A stretch of 64,000 bases of DNA, taken from contig CM000154.2 in NCBI GenBank assembly GCA_000004695.1, positions 4,672,001-4,736,000 on the forward strand, read 5' to 3'. Both the position numbers and the translations under genes were made by a program. This document shows positions 1 through 13,586 of this stretch, in pieces (the stretch's first letter is position 1; every line of letters begins with the position of its first letter). The notes below the pieces were generated by a model. It had not been told where the DNA came from. It saw nothing but the letters and a program-made list of their open reading frames with translations, and made no database searches. The stretch comes from Dictyostelium discoideum. Its lineage: Eukaryota.

Positions 1-144
1 TTTTGATTATTTCCAAAAAAAAATATAAAATAAAAAATTAATTATTGAATAAATAAATTAATTTTAAAAATAAACAATAAAATTTATTTAAACTATACAC
101 ATTTTTAAAAAAAAAAAAAATAATTAAAAAAAAAAAAAAAAAAA

Positions 145-563
145 ATGAATATAAATTCATTAATATTAAAAGAATCACAAACATCTACATCACCATCAAA
201 GGTTACTGCATATGTTTCACCATTGGTAACCTCTAAACATCAATCATCAAGATCAACATATAACTCATCCCCAACACCATTTTCACCAATTTCTCCAATA
301 CCATCACAATCACCATCACCATTCCAAATTTCTCCAATTGGTTCACCATCACCATTACCATCACCAATTATATTAAATCCATTTTTAAATAATTTTGATG
401 AAACAAACAATTATAATAATAATAATAATATTAATAATTATAATAATAATAATAATTATAAAACAACTAATACCACAACTACAACAATATCCACTAATTT
501 TAATAATAATTATAATTATAATTATGAATCAATACAAGCACCAACACCATCATCATCATCACC

Positions 564-595
<32 letters not shown>

Positions 596-1101
596 TGTCA
601 AATTTCAACGTCAGTAATAATAATAATAATTATAATAATAATCAAACAAATTATAAATGCAAACATATTAATTGTGAATATTTAAAAAAGTCATTCAGTA
701 CTGAACAAGCATTATCAAGACATAATGGATATGATCATAATTGTCCACCATCTTGTAATCAATGTTTAAAAAATCAAAATAAAAAAATCAGAAATAATAA
801 TAATAATTATTTTAAAAACAATTATAATAATTTTGATTATTATAAAAATATTGTTAATAATAATAATAACAGTAATAATAATAATCCATGTCATGTTATT
901 GTACCACATGTATCAAATACTCACAACCATCCACAAGAACAACAACAACAACAACAACAATCTCAAATAATTTCATCAAATCCAAACCAAAATTCAAATC
1001 AATTTATTGATTCTCAACAAGGTTATGTTAACTTTAAACTTGATTCCACAAATAAAAAATTAAAAACTACACATTCTGTAAATTTAAACAATAGCCAATA
1101 A
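145..1101 (+). CDS. Hypothetical Asn/Ser/Pro-rich low-complexity protein with a single C2H2-like zinc-finger motif
   Basis: Uninterrupted 318-aa ORF. Motif 'YKCKHINCEYLKKSFSTEQALSRHNGYDH' (C-x4-C-x12-H-x5-H). Poly-N/Q/S composition typical of dictyostelid proteins. No homolog recognised. Confidence 0.45.
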
Positions 1102-1182
1102 TAACCAATAATAACAACTATTTATTATATTTATTTATTTATTTATTTATTTATTTATTAATTATAATTTATTTAAAAATAA

Positions 1183-1229
<47 letters not shown>

Positions 1230-1269
1230 GCCACTACTTTTTTATTATTATTATTAAATTTTATTAAAT

Positions 1270-2949
1270 TTATTTATTTTTTAATTTATATAATGCCACT
1301 TTTTTATCTATATTATTTGATCTTTCTACTAAAGTTGGATGAGAATGATGATAGGCACTATATAATGGATCATAAACTAAACAACCCAACTCTTTAAAGT
1401 GTAATTTGAATAAATGATTACTATTTAAGAAACCCAATTCAACAGCGAAATCATCAGCTTGGAATTCATATTTTCTAGAGAAAATATTGATTAACAAACT
1501 AAAGATACGGTCAATTGGTGAATATAAAAACATAAACAATGTTAAACCAACCAATACAGAATCCTTTGATGAAACGAATCCAAATTGTTGATATAATTGA
1601 TCATCATTAATCAATAAACTGAATGCATATAATAATGTAACTAAATGAACTTGAACCAATAACATTTGTTTCAATGTATGTGACATTTTATAATGTCCAA
1701 ATTCATGACCCATTACTGCTAATAATTCTTCTTTATCTAATTCATTAACCAATGTATCATATAATACAATTCTTTTTGTTCCAAATAATCCATAAAAATA
1801 TCTATTTAAATAAAAAAAAAAAAAAATTAAAAACAAAATTAATTTTATTTTCCTATCATCTTTTTTTTTTTTTTTTTTTTTTTAAAAAAAATATAATAAA
1901 TGTATACATACGCATTCATATGGCCATCTCTCTTTGAATTATCAACTACAAAAATTGTATCTTTTGAAGCTGGGAAACCAACTCTTTTAGCTAATGCAAA
2001 GATTGATTCTGCTAATTCTCCATCGACTGGTGTAAATTTGTTAAATAATGGTTGAATAAATGTTGGATAAATTGTAATTGATAATAATGTAATTGCAACT
2101 AATAATAACCAACAATCTAAAATTATATAAAAAAAAAATAATAATAATAATAAGAATTTATTAAAAAAATAAAATTAAAAATAATTATTATAATAATAAT
2201 AAAATATATAAAATTTAATAACCTACAAAACCATAATTGTGGACCTGACCAATTTATTATAAAAATTGCCAATGATAAAATTGGTAAACCAAAACCTATC
2301 ATTAAAAGTGTTGAAATTATTTTATCTTTTATAAATAATGTACGAGTCATACGATTATATCCGAATTTCTCTTCTAAAATGAATTGATAATAATATGAAA
2401 ATGGAATTTCTGTTATTACTGATACTCCAACTGTAAATGCAAAGAAAAAACATGATCTAATAATCTATATATTGTAAAGATAATAATTTTATTAATACAC
2501 TATTTATGATGATGATGATGATGATTATTATTAATAATTACCTCATTTGGATAACCAATTTTCTCTGCTAATTCAAGTGATAAATTCCAAAAATATGGGT
2601 AAACTGGATAATAAAATGAAAGGAGTGTTGTTAAAACTTGAATTGTTGATGTTAAAGTTTTATAATCTCTTTTTTTTTTTTTTTTTTTTTTATTATTGTT
2701 AAAATAAAAAATTAGTAATTTGTAATTTTTGATTTTATTTTTATTTTTATTTTATTTTTTAATCGCATACAATTTAGCTTTACTATATTCTTGTGATTTT
2801 TTGAAATCTTCTTGCGTTATTCTATCTTTACAATATTCTGGGACTTTAGTTAAATTCTTTAATAATTTACTTTGTCTAAAATTCAAATAAAATGAATAAA
2901 AGTGCTCTAATAAAAAGAATGAAATCGAAATGATAAAATAATTTACCAT
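1270..2949 (-). CDS. zmpste24: CAAX prenyl protease 1 (Ste24/ZMPSTE24, zinc metallopeptidase M48), 5 exons
   Basis: Translation matches Ste24 end to end: N-term TM region; 'KAKLLDYKTLTS' (cf. human 'KSRLYQLDKSTFS'); 'PLFNKFTPVDGELAESIFALAKRVGFPASKDTIFVVDNSKRDGHMNAY|YFYGLFGTKRIVLYDTL'; zinc site 'VMGHEFGHYKMSH' (HExxH); C-term 'AYHHSHPTLVER'. Reconstructed exons (minus strand, forward coordinates): 2771-2949, 2542-2668, 2227-2464, 1912-2116, 1270-1801. Phases are consistent and total 1281 nt (426 aa). Confidence 0.85.
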
Positions 2950-3390
2950 TTTTAAAAAAAAAATATATTTATATAAATATTATATTATATAATTATTTAT
3001 TTATTTATTTGTGTTTATTTATTTTTATTTATTTATTTATTGATGTGAAGTGATTTCTAAAAAAATAAAATAAAATAAAATAAAATTCCAAAAAAAAAAA
3101 AAAAAAAAAAAAAAAACCCCTGAAAAAAAAAAAAAAAAAATAAAATAAAATAAAATATATTCACATTTTTAGAGAGAATTTAAAAATATTACCATTTTTA
3201 TGAATCAATTAAATCCATTTGTGGAAATTTTTTTTAATTAAAAAAAAGTAAATATATTAAAAATTAATATATTTACTTTTTTTATTTTTTATTTTTTATT
3301 TTTTTGCCCAAGTTTTGATGACGATCATCACCTTTCATAAAAAAAAATTAAAAAAATTAAAAAAAAAAAAAAATTAAAAAATTAATTTTG

Positions 3391-3421
<31 letters not shown>

Positions 3422-3466
3422 TTTTATTTTTATTTATTTAATTAAAAAAAAAAAAAAGAAGAGATA

Positions 3467-3747
3467 ATGCATTCTTTATCGCAAAGAGCCAATACAATTG
3501 TTTGCTTTGGTGGCATTGTTTTAGTTGGAGTTTTATTATTAAATGTTTTAAGTAGAGCATTTTTTTCCGATCATGTAGATGTAGATATAAAATTAAATGA
3601 AATTCACAGATTGTAAATATATCATCAATTCATTCATATACAACAAATCATATAATATATATTATTATATACATAATCACACACACATACCACACATATG
3701 TTAACATATTAATAATAAATACACATATAAATCAATTCTATTATTAA

Positions 3748-3781
<34 letters not shown>

Positions 3782-4080
3782 AAAGTAATACCCAACGTAA
3801 TTTCGAATATTCATTCATTTCAATTGATTTAGACGCAAATTTAGAGCCATTATTTAATTGGAATACAAAGATGTTATTCCTTTATGTTACAGCAGAATAT
3901 AGGACTAAACAAAATGTATTATCTCAAGTTGTCGTGTGGGATCATATTCTCACTGAAAAATCAAAAGCAAATATTCATGAAAAGCGTCTTTCAAAATACC
4001 CAATCATAAATCAAGGCTTAGGTTTAAAGTATGATAATCAATTTATTAATAATAACAATAATAATAATAATAATAATAAC

Positions 4081-4161
<81 letters not shown>

Positions 4162-4355
4162 CATAATATTAAATATATATTGACCCCACCTCCTTTTTTT
4201 TTTTTTTTAATATTTTATAAAAATCATTCAGAAATAATACAATTAAGCTCACTTTCAATTATAATGTTGTACCAATATCAGGAATTTTAACAAGACATCA
4301 AGTAGGTACGAGTGAATTTAAATTCCCAACAACCTACATGAAAGAGGCTTATTAA
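3467..4355 (+). CDS. spcs3: Signal peptidase complex subunit 3 (SPC22/23 family), 3 exons
   Basis: 'MHSLSQRANTIVCFGGIVLVGVLLLNVLSRAFF' (signal-anchor), 'LFNWNTKMLFLYVTAEYRTKQNVLSQVVVWDHIL', 'NNTIKLTFNYNVVPISGILT', C-term 'FKFPTTYMKEAY*'. These align with human SPCS3 '[36 protein letters not shown]...NVTLTLSWNVVPNAGILP...PFPDTYE'. Exons about 3467-3612, 3786-4028, 4232-4355. The second intron is an (AAT)n tract that the ORF track misreads as in-frame poly-Asn. Confidence 0.8.
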
Positions 4356-4691
4356 AAAAAATAATAAAAAAAAATAAAGAAAAAATAAAATAAATAAAAA
4401 AAAAAATAAAAAAAAAAATTAAATAAAATATATGTATAATAAATAATAATATAGTTATTTATTATTATATTGATCATCATTTGTTTTTAAAATAAAATAA
4501 TTATGTTTATTAATATTAATACACATAATCATTTTTTGACTAAAATTAAAATAAAATTAAAAATAAAAATAAAAAAAAAAAAAAAAATAAAAAAAAAAAA
4601 AAAATCAAATAATTTGAAAATTTTTTTGAAGTTGTGAAAAACCAACCGATTTTTATATTTTTTTATTTCAAAATAAAAACAGTTCCCAATA

Positions 4692-4840
4692 ATGCCAAAT
4701 AATAATAGTACCAATGATAGCAACAATGATATAGATAAATTGATATCATCTTGCATTTATGGTCAAATACCTATAAATTTAGTAATCAATTGGTTATCAT
4801 CTACAAAAACTAATAAATATAATTCAATAAATGATGTATG

Positions 4841-4874
<34 letters not shown>

Positions 4875-4929
4875 ATTTAATATATTTTTTTTATTTTTAG
4901 ATTATTAATTATTAATTAAAAATTTGCAC

Positions 4930-4961
<32 letters not shown>

Positions 4962-5601
4962 ACTATATATTATAGTATCAATCATTTAAAGAATTTAATA
5001 TATCACCTGTAACTTTTTCTCATTATTTTGTAGAATATTTAAAAAATCATTATATTTCATTCATTGAAAATTTAAATAATAATAGTAATAATAATGAAAA
5101 TAGTACAGTTTTACCTTCACCTTCAATTCCAAAAATTGTAGATGATTTCCCACCTTTAGCAAAGAAACAACCAAAAGAAAATAATAATAGTAATAATAAT
5201 AATAATAATAATAATAGTATATTCCCAAATTTAGAAAATATGAAAAAATCTACAATTCAAGAAATTGAAAATACAGTACATATATATACAACTATTATAT
5301 TTAATAGGTTATATTCTACAACTTTATTAACTGAATTACATTGGATAATTAAATTCCTCACAACACTACAAATTGAAATTTATAAATCACCACCACCACC
5401 TAAAAAAGCAATAATAATAGTACCATCTCCTACATCAATCTTTGAAAATATAGAAAGTTCACTTTTATTCATAATTAAACAAATTAAATCAATTCTACCA
5501 CTACTTCAACTTTTAGAACCAAATTTTTTAATACAATTATCTGAAAATCAATTGTAAGTAGTACAATAGCTATTGTTATATTTATTACTATATTTAGTCG
5601 C

Positions 5602-5671
<70 letters not shown>

Positions 5672-8600
5672 TTACTAATTTGTACACATGTATATTTATT
5701 TATTTATTTATTTATTAATTTAGACTAAATCATTATGAAGCAACATTATGTAAAAGGTTAAATGATATTAGTATTTATCAAAATGAAGAATATTCAAATA
5801 TAAATCAAAAATCAGATTTTAATAAGAATAATATAAACTTTAGGATAGCATCACCATTTAGAAGTGAAATGGATTTTCAAAAAAGATTAAGAAAATCTGA
5901 AGATCAAAGTATATTAAGTAATAGAGAGAAATCATTTGACCAATTTCATGAATTAATTAGATTATTTCAATTAGATTATAAACAACAACAACCAACACCA
6001 CCACCACCACCATCAGTTTCACAACAACAGCAACATGGTAATAGTACAGAATTTGAATATAAAACTAAAGAATTCTTCAACTTGTTACATAAAAGTAATA
6101 TTTGGTGGTTTTGTGATTTATTCATTGACAAATACATTCAATCAAGTAACATATATAATTCAACAAGTAGTACTAGTAATAATAATAATAATAATAATAA
6201 TTTTAACACAGCAGCAACAACAGTAGCAGGAAATACAAACACTACAACAACTACAGTTAATAAAATACCAAATTTAGCCGAGACAATAGCATCAACAATG
6301 TCATTAACACCATTAAAAGGTGGTAGTAATTCATCAACATTTACACCATCAACACCAACTCAACCTGCTGCATTAATACCCGCTGATAAAATGCAATTAC
6401 TTCAAAAAAGATTAGATACTTCACCACATAAATCACAACAACAACAACAACAACAACAGCCATCCACTCAACACCACCATAATCACCATAACCATAATCA
6501 CCACCATAATCATAATCACCAACAATACCAACAACAAAATAACCAAAATAATTCAAATAAAGAGAATTTAATCAACTTTTCAAGACCCCCATCATCATCA
6601 TCATCAACAAATGCTAAACAAACAAACTATAATTACAATCAAAAGCAACAACAACAACAACAACCATCATCATCACCACATAGTAACAAAATAAATAATA
6701 ATAATAATAATAATAAAGAAAAAGAAGAAGAAAATCAATATAGTTATTTAAATAAAAATATTCAATCAATTGTATTAAAATTTTCAAGTAAAGAAAGATT
6801 TTTTATAAATATGATTATAAATTATGATAGTAATACATTTTATCATCATTTGGAATGTAGTATCATTGAAAAGATACAAATACTTCAATATTGTCAATGC
6901 TCGAATTCAGTTCATTTTAATTTACACTATCCAGATAATTTTGAAAGGATACAAAATTTGAAAAAGTTATCGAAATTGTTATCATTGCTATACCACTTGC
7001 CAACTATACAATATACAAGTTATAATATGTCATTGTTAATACCAAACTTTAATGAAATCTCTAAACGTGCAAATACAACCTTACCACTTCCATTGGACAT
7101 GAAACAATTACTCTTTCAATCCATTCAAACTGATCAATTATTATTATCAATACCATTAGTTATTGAATTCTTAAAAATTAGAGACTCAATTTCAAAAGAG
7201 AATCAACAATTAAATGATTTATTAAATTTACTTAAAAATATTTATAATTTACCAAATTTATTAATAACTTTACAACAACAACAACAACAACAACAATTAC
7301 CATCATCAATAATAACACCAACACCAACTACACCAATAAACAATACACCTGTAACACCATCATCATCATCATCATCACCGACAACAACAACAACAAAAAA
7401 AAATAATATCGATACAACAAATAGTGGACAACAATCATTATTTACAGCATTATATATTACATTTGAGTTGGAGCAATTCTTTGAAGAGATTAAAGTTAAT
7501 CCACATCAATTTAATCATGTATCATTACCATTTAAAGTGAATTCACCTTTAAAAAATACAATTTCATCACTCTCACCTTCACCTTCACCTTCACCTTCAA
7601 ATCTAAATAATAATAATAATAATAATAATAGTAGTAATAGTAATTTCATTACACCACCAACAACACCAACTAAACAACCACAAACCCCAACAACTCCAAA
7701 TAACAATAATAATAATAGTAATAGTAGTAGCAATAGTAGTAGCAATAGTAATAATCAAAATAATGCAAATTCAAGTTTATTAATTGATAATAATTCAAAA
7801 ATTGTATATAATTTACTTTGGCCATCAAATAATATGATCATCAATAATAATAATAATTATAATAATAATAATGGTTTATCAGATTTAAAGAGATTATTAA
7901 ATGAACCAATTGAATTTAAAAAACAACAAGAAATTGCTGCTGCTGCTGCTGTTGCTGATTTAAAATTAAAACAAGAAAAAGAAAAAGAAAAAGAAAAAGA
8001 AAAAGAAAAAGAAAAAGAAAAACAATCTCAAAGTGGTGCACCACCACCACCACCATCAACTACAACAACTAATACAACTACAGAAGGAATGGATGCAATT
8101 AAAACTACTACAACCAAAACATTAGTACCAAGACGTATTACACCAATGTTAAAGAATAAATCGAGTAGTATGAGTATTTCACCAACATCAACGATTGATG
8201 ATATAAAAGAATCACCATTACAACATCAATTAGAATGGTGGTATTTTTGGAATCATCCTTCAATTGCAAGAATTTCAAATTTACTATCAGAAACTTTATT
8301 ACCTTTCTTTTCTGAAATGATTTTTAATTTATCAATACCAATAATAATGAATCATTCAAATGAATATGTTAAACAAATTATTATTGAATTATCAACTCCA
8401 TCATCATCAACTCCATCATCAACAACAACAACAACAACAACAACAACGGTATCACCATCATCAAATACTTTATCATCATTATTATTAGATTCAAATAGAT
8501 TACAAGGATTAATTAATACAATTTATAGTAAAGTTAAAATTGAAGCAAGTAAAAAAGTTGAATTCTATTGTATTGAAAATATTAAAACACTTGTATTATT

Positions 8601-10458
8601 ATTATCACCAAATGGTATTGATGAATCAGTATTGGATGTTGGTAGTTCAATCATTTGTAGACATTTGAAAAAATTATCTGAAAATATTTGTCAACGACAA
8701 ACTTTACAAAAAATTGAAATTCTAATTATTGAAATTATTACAAGAAAACAAATATTATTAACAACTCAAATTAATAAAAATGAAACTACAAATAATAATA
8801 ATAATAATAATAATGAAGGAAATAATAATAATAATAATAATAATTTAATTTTAATTAATAATAATGATAATTCATTATCACAAATATTATCATTATCATT
8901 ATCAGATATAACTAGAATGAATCAACAATCATATTATTCATTAGCGTCAATAAAGTCACATCATATATCAATGATACAAGGTTCACAAGATGCTAAATCA
9001 ATTTGTAAAGCTATGGAATATCATCAAAAACTATTAGAACCTTATATAAATGAAATTTATTTTAATATTTTCCCACAAATTAACAATAACAACAACAACA
9101 ATAACAACAACAACAATAGTTCAAATTTTGTAATTGATAATAATTTTAATAATTTACAAATTGAATATAAAAAATCAGATTTACAAATTACTGCTGAATC
9201 AATATTTAATAGATTATCAGATTATATAAAAAAAGTTTTAAATAATGAAAATGAAAATATTAATAATAATAATAATAATGATAATAATGGTAACAACTTT
9301 GATATGACACAATTTAAAAAATCATTACCAACTTTATTTAGATTAGTTTCTGATATAATTACAAATCATTCAATTTTAACAAATTTTCATCAATATAGTA
9401 AATCAATTTTTAATGATATAAATGATAATAATAATAATAATAATAATGATACTAAAAATAAGGAGGAAAATAATAAAAATAATAATAATAATGAAAATAT
9501 AACAGATGGTATTATATTTAATGTTGATTTTAATTCATTTTCAATTGTACAAATGAATGATTCATTCATAACAACATTACCAATTAATGAAAATATAACA
9601 ACATCATTTAGTAAAACAACAATCACTATTATAAAAATATTTAATGAAATTCATCCAGACTTTATGGAAATTTTAACAAATTATTTATTACCATCTTCAA
9701 AGATATTCAATTTAGTAATTCAAACTATTCAATTTATTAAATCAACTTTATTAATTCAAAAGCAACAACAAAAATATCAACAACATCAAGAAGAAAAAGA
9801 AGAAAAAGAAGAAAATGAAAAAGAAAAAGAAAAAGAAATTGATTTTATTGAATTAAAGAAAGAAGAGGAATTTTTATGTAGTAAAATTGAAAATTGTTTC
9901 AATTGGTTACATTGTTTTGATTGGTTATTCATTACATTAATACAAGAAAATATTATTAAAATCATTTCTTTAGAAAGTAGTTGGATAAATATATTTGATA
10001 GATGTTTAACTTTTATTTTTGAATGTGATTCAAATAATAATACAACAGCAACAACAACAACAACAGCAACAACATCCCAACCAGAAATTTCAGATGATAA
10101 TAATAATAATAATAATAATAATTATAAAGAAAATCAATCAAATCATTTATTAATTGGTGCTAGTGTATTAGGATCATTTTTAAAGTATATTTGTCAATTT
10201 GTATCATTTTTTCAAACCTATTTTAAATTATACTACAAGACTCCAAAAGTTGTATTGGGTGGTGGTGGTGGTAATAGTAAACCATATCATTATGATCCAA
10301 TGTCATTCTATTTATGCGTTGATAGCTTTTTACAACGTTTAATTAAATTTAAAAATCGTGAAAAGTTTAGATATAATCAAAATTTTATTGATCAAATTGA
10401 TAAATCAATTAATTATTTAGAAAAATCAATAAATTTATTATTTCCAAGTTTTAAATAA
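4692..10458 (+). CDS. Very large (about 1750 aa) low-complexity protein of unknown function, at least 3 exons
   Basis: Exon 5034-5553 (donor GTAAGT at 5554) splices in frame to 5724-10458 (acceptor TTTAG at 5723). It carries poly-Q/N/T/S tracts, a (KE)n stretch and a His-rich 'HNHHNHNHHHNHNH' run. Globular-looking segments include 'NMIINYDSNTFYHHLECSIIEKIQILQYCQCSNS' and the C-terminal 'LIGASVLGSFLKYICQFVSFFQTYFKLYY'. A possible 5' exon at 4692-4835 (MPNNNSTNDS..., donor GTATGT) does not join 5034 in frame with canonical sites, so the 5' end is unresolved. Confidence 0.5.
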
Positions 10459-10924
10459 ATAAATAAAAAAAAAAAAAAAAAATTATTATTTCTAAAGTTT
10501 TAAATAAAAATAAAAAAAATAAAAAAATAAAAAAAAATAAAAAAAAAAATTTTAAAAAAAGGTTTGATAATTTATTGATTTTGATATATACATTTATAAA
10601 TGTCTTGTGTGAAAATGAAAAAAAAAAAAAAAAAAAAAACCTTAAATTTGATTTATTGATTTATTGATTTTTTTATTTTCACAAAAGATATATTTAAATA
10701 TATATATCAATAAAAAAACAGAAATAAAAAAATGATCATACTTTAACACACAACCAAATGAATTTCAAAAATTTGGCCACTGTTCGAATTTTTTTTTTTT
10801 TTTTTTTATTTTTTTTTTATTTTTTTTAATTTTTTTTTTTTTTTTTTTTTTTTTTTTCAAAATTATTATAATTTTTCATCACATCAATCACTCATTGTGT
10901 GTTTAAAAAAAAAATAAAAATAAT

Positions 10925-12124
10925 ATGATTTCTTCAGTTTCAACCAAATTAGTAAATATTTTTTTTTTTTTTTAGGAAAAAATAAAAAGAAAAAAAAAAA
11001 AAAAAAAACAAATCACACACAATTAATAAATCTTTTAAAACTTTTTAAAACTAATTTTATCTTTTTTTATTTTTTTTATAATTCTAATTAGAATTCATCA
11101 AAGAAATTATTAAATGTAGTATCATATACTACAGTTGCAAATAATGCAAATAAAAATAATAATAGTAAATCAATTTATAATATTTTAAGAAGAAAGAGAG
11201 ATAGACAAGGTTTAGTTAATGTTGAAGCATTTGAAAATGGTGAAAGTACAGTTTTCCCAAGATCAAGACAAGGTTTAGATTATGATTTAAATTGGACATT
11301 AAATGGTTACTCAATTACACCATCATATTCAGCATATCGTAATCCAAGATTACCATTACTTTTACAACATTCAAATGGTGTAACCGATAAGAACAACGTA
11401 TTGATTACATCATCATCAAGTCAAGAACCAAAAAATGTAGTAAACTTCTTTTTAGATGAAACCATCTCATCAAAGAATAACAAAGATAGTAGTAAAGTCA
11501 TTTCAATCGCAGATTATAAATTAGTTTTGGAAAAAGTTAAACAAAACATTTCAGAATCCACCAATATCTACGTACACGATTCTGCAGTTGGTAGTTGTAG
11601 AGATGTCGAGTCAAAGATCAGATTCGTCACAAATGATGCTGTATCCTCATTATTTGTTAAACATTTATTACCAACCACTACTCCAACTCAAGTAAATGAA
11701 TTTAAACATCAATTAACTGTTTATTGTGTACCAGAATTTAAATTCCCATCATCTTCATCATCATTACCATCATCATCATTCAATATCATTGATACTAAAA
11801 GAGGTATTGCTGTTATCGTTGGTATTCAGTCAACTGAAAACATTAGAAATGTCATCTCTTCAATCTCTTCAAATATCTTAATGAATACCAATCAAGATGC
11901 TCTTAGTTTATCCGCTGATATCTATACCTCATCTGAAGATGCTTCACCAGTACTCATTTTCAATAATGATGGTTTCCTCTTAAATAAGAATTTCGAATCT
12001 GGTAAAGTTGTCTCTCAAGGTGCTATTTGGTCAAAGAATACTCTTTCACGTTTATATAATTCAATTACTTATAATTTTGAATCAATTGCTCAAAATCAAT
12101 TGTAAGTATTTTATTTTAATTTAT

Positions 12125-12161
<37 letters not shown>

Positions 12162-12848
12162 AAAAATATTAATTTATTTGTCAAAATCCCCCCCCCCCCA
12201 AACTTCCATCTTTTTTTTTTTTGTTTTTTGAAAAAAAAAAAAAAAGTGACTTGATTGAAAAATTTGTTGGATCAAAAAAAGTAAATACAACTGTACCAAT
12301 TAAATTCGAAACTAATAGTTTCAAACAACCATCATCAGTTGTATTCATTATTAAAGATAATAGTGGTGTAATTCCAGCATTCTCTCAATTAAATTCTGAA
12401 CAAGCTCAAAAATATTTCGTATCTGGTTTTGTTGGTGATGATGTTTATCAACCATTCTTTATTAAAGAACAAAATACAACTCAAAATATTCAAAAAGCTG
12501 AACTCTTCAAAAGTAAGTTAATTAAATAATTTTTATTTATTTTTTTAATTTATTTTACTAATAATTTATTTTTTTATTTATTTATTTTTAGATTTAATTA
12601 AAGATGGTGGAGTTAATGTATATATTATTAATCCATCCTCTTTCCAAAAAGATGCTGAAGTTGATAAATTACTTGGTTCAATTATGTCTGGTAAAGTTGG
12701 TAAATCAACTACATCTGATGTTTACACTACTTTATCACCAATTCAAGTTTCATCTGCTACTCAACCAAAGAATGCTGAAGAAATTAAAAAATTAGCCAAA
12801 TCTTTTGAATCAAAATTACAAAAACAAGTTGATAGCCTTTTAGTTTAA
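10925..12848 (+). CDS. PEPCK(ATP)-fold protein (PckA-like) lacking the P-loop and catalytic signature motifs; putative pseudoenzyme, 4 exons
   Basis: Exons 10925-10951 (MISSVSTKL, donor GTAAAT), 11092-12101, 12247-12512, 12592-12848; phases consistent, 520 aa. Collinear similarity to ATP-dependent PEPCK: 'NIYVHDSAVGSCRDVESKIRFVTNDAVSSLFVKHLLPTT...FKHQLTVYCVPEFK' (cf. '[38 protein letters not shown]...FKPDFIVMNGAK'); 'VVFIIKDNSGVIPAFSQLNSEQAQKYFVSGFVGD' (cf. '[34 protein letters not shown]'); 'AELFKSKLIKDGGVNVYIINPS'; 'KNAEEIKKLAKSFESKL'. Where PckA has 'H..GLSGTGKTT..LIGDDEHGW..FNFEGGCYAK' this protein has 'L..IFNNDG..FLLNKNFESG..VVSQGAIWSK', with no Walker A. Motif comparison is from memory of E. 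coli PckA. Confidence 0.6.
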
Positions 12849-13553
12849 AATAATAATAATCCTTTTTTATAAAAAAAAAAAAAAAAAGTATTCAAAAAAA
12901 ATTCAAAAATGGGAACCCAAATTCTTTATGGTTGTCAAGAAAAAAAAAAAAGAAAAAAAAAAAAAGAAAAAAAAAAAAAATATCTAAAAAACAAACCCAA
13001 ATATAATATTATTAAAAATAAAAATCTTAAAAAAATGGAAAAATACAAAATAAAAAAAAATAAAATTAAAATAAAATTAAAAAAAAAAGAAAAAAAAAGA
13101 AAAAAAAAAAAAATTAATTATAATTAAAATTTGACATGTTGGCATGAACAACCAGGTCGTTGAATTCCTTTCAATGAAAAAAAGAAAAAAAAAAGGAGAT
13201 TTATTAAAATTTAAATTAATTTTTTTTTTTTTTTTTTTTCGGCCTTTGCAACCATACGCGCCTACGGTCGTTTTTTTTATTATTTTATTTTAAAAAAAAA
13301 TAATGATCAGCAAAAAAAAAAAAAAATAAAAATAAAAAAAAAAAAAAAAAAAAAAAAAATAAAAGTTTTTTTTTTAAAAAAAAAAAAAAAAACACATAGT
13401 AGTCTTAAAAAATTAATATTTTAACAAAAAAAAAAACAGGTGGATGTAATAATATAAAAAAAGAAAAATAGAAAAATAGAAAAATAGAATAATAGAATAA
13501 TAGAAAAATCCAATAATAGGAAAATAGGAAAATATAATAATATAAAATGTAAG

Positions 13554-13586
<33 letters not shown>

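Noticed and set aside
395-685. Poly-Ile / poly-His ORFs. The same class recurs at 12909-13127, 13405-13602, 28647-28928, 32507-32776, 32566-32772, 44468-44680, 44863-45123, 49342-49599, 49848-50156, 58598-58915 and 58685-58891.
   Set aside because: They are alternative-frame or antisense readings of AAT/ATT/GAT microsatellites and poly-A/T runs. They have no start context and no complexity, and they overlap real genes in the correct frame.
3871-4290. ORF-track CDS reading through (AAT)n to '...TPPPFFFFLIFYKNHSEIIQLSSLSIIMLYQYQEF'
   Set aside because: Homology to SPCS3 shows the (AAT)n tract is an intron and the true terminal exon (4232-4355) is in another frame.
13240-13270. GC-rich islets as possible tRNA genes
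   Set aside because: They are too short (25-30 nt of non-AT sequence). No acceptor-stem/T-arm pairing or GTTCGAAT-like box is visible. No 70-90-nt cloverleaf-compatible segment appears anywhere in the window.
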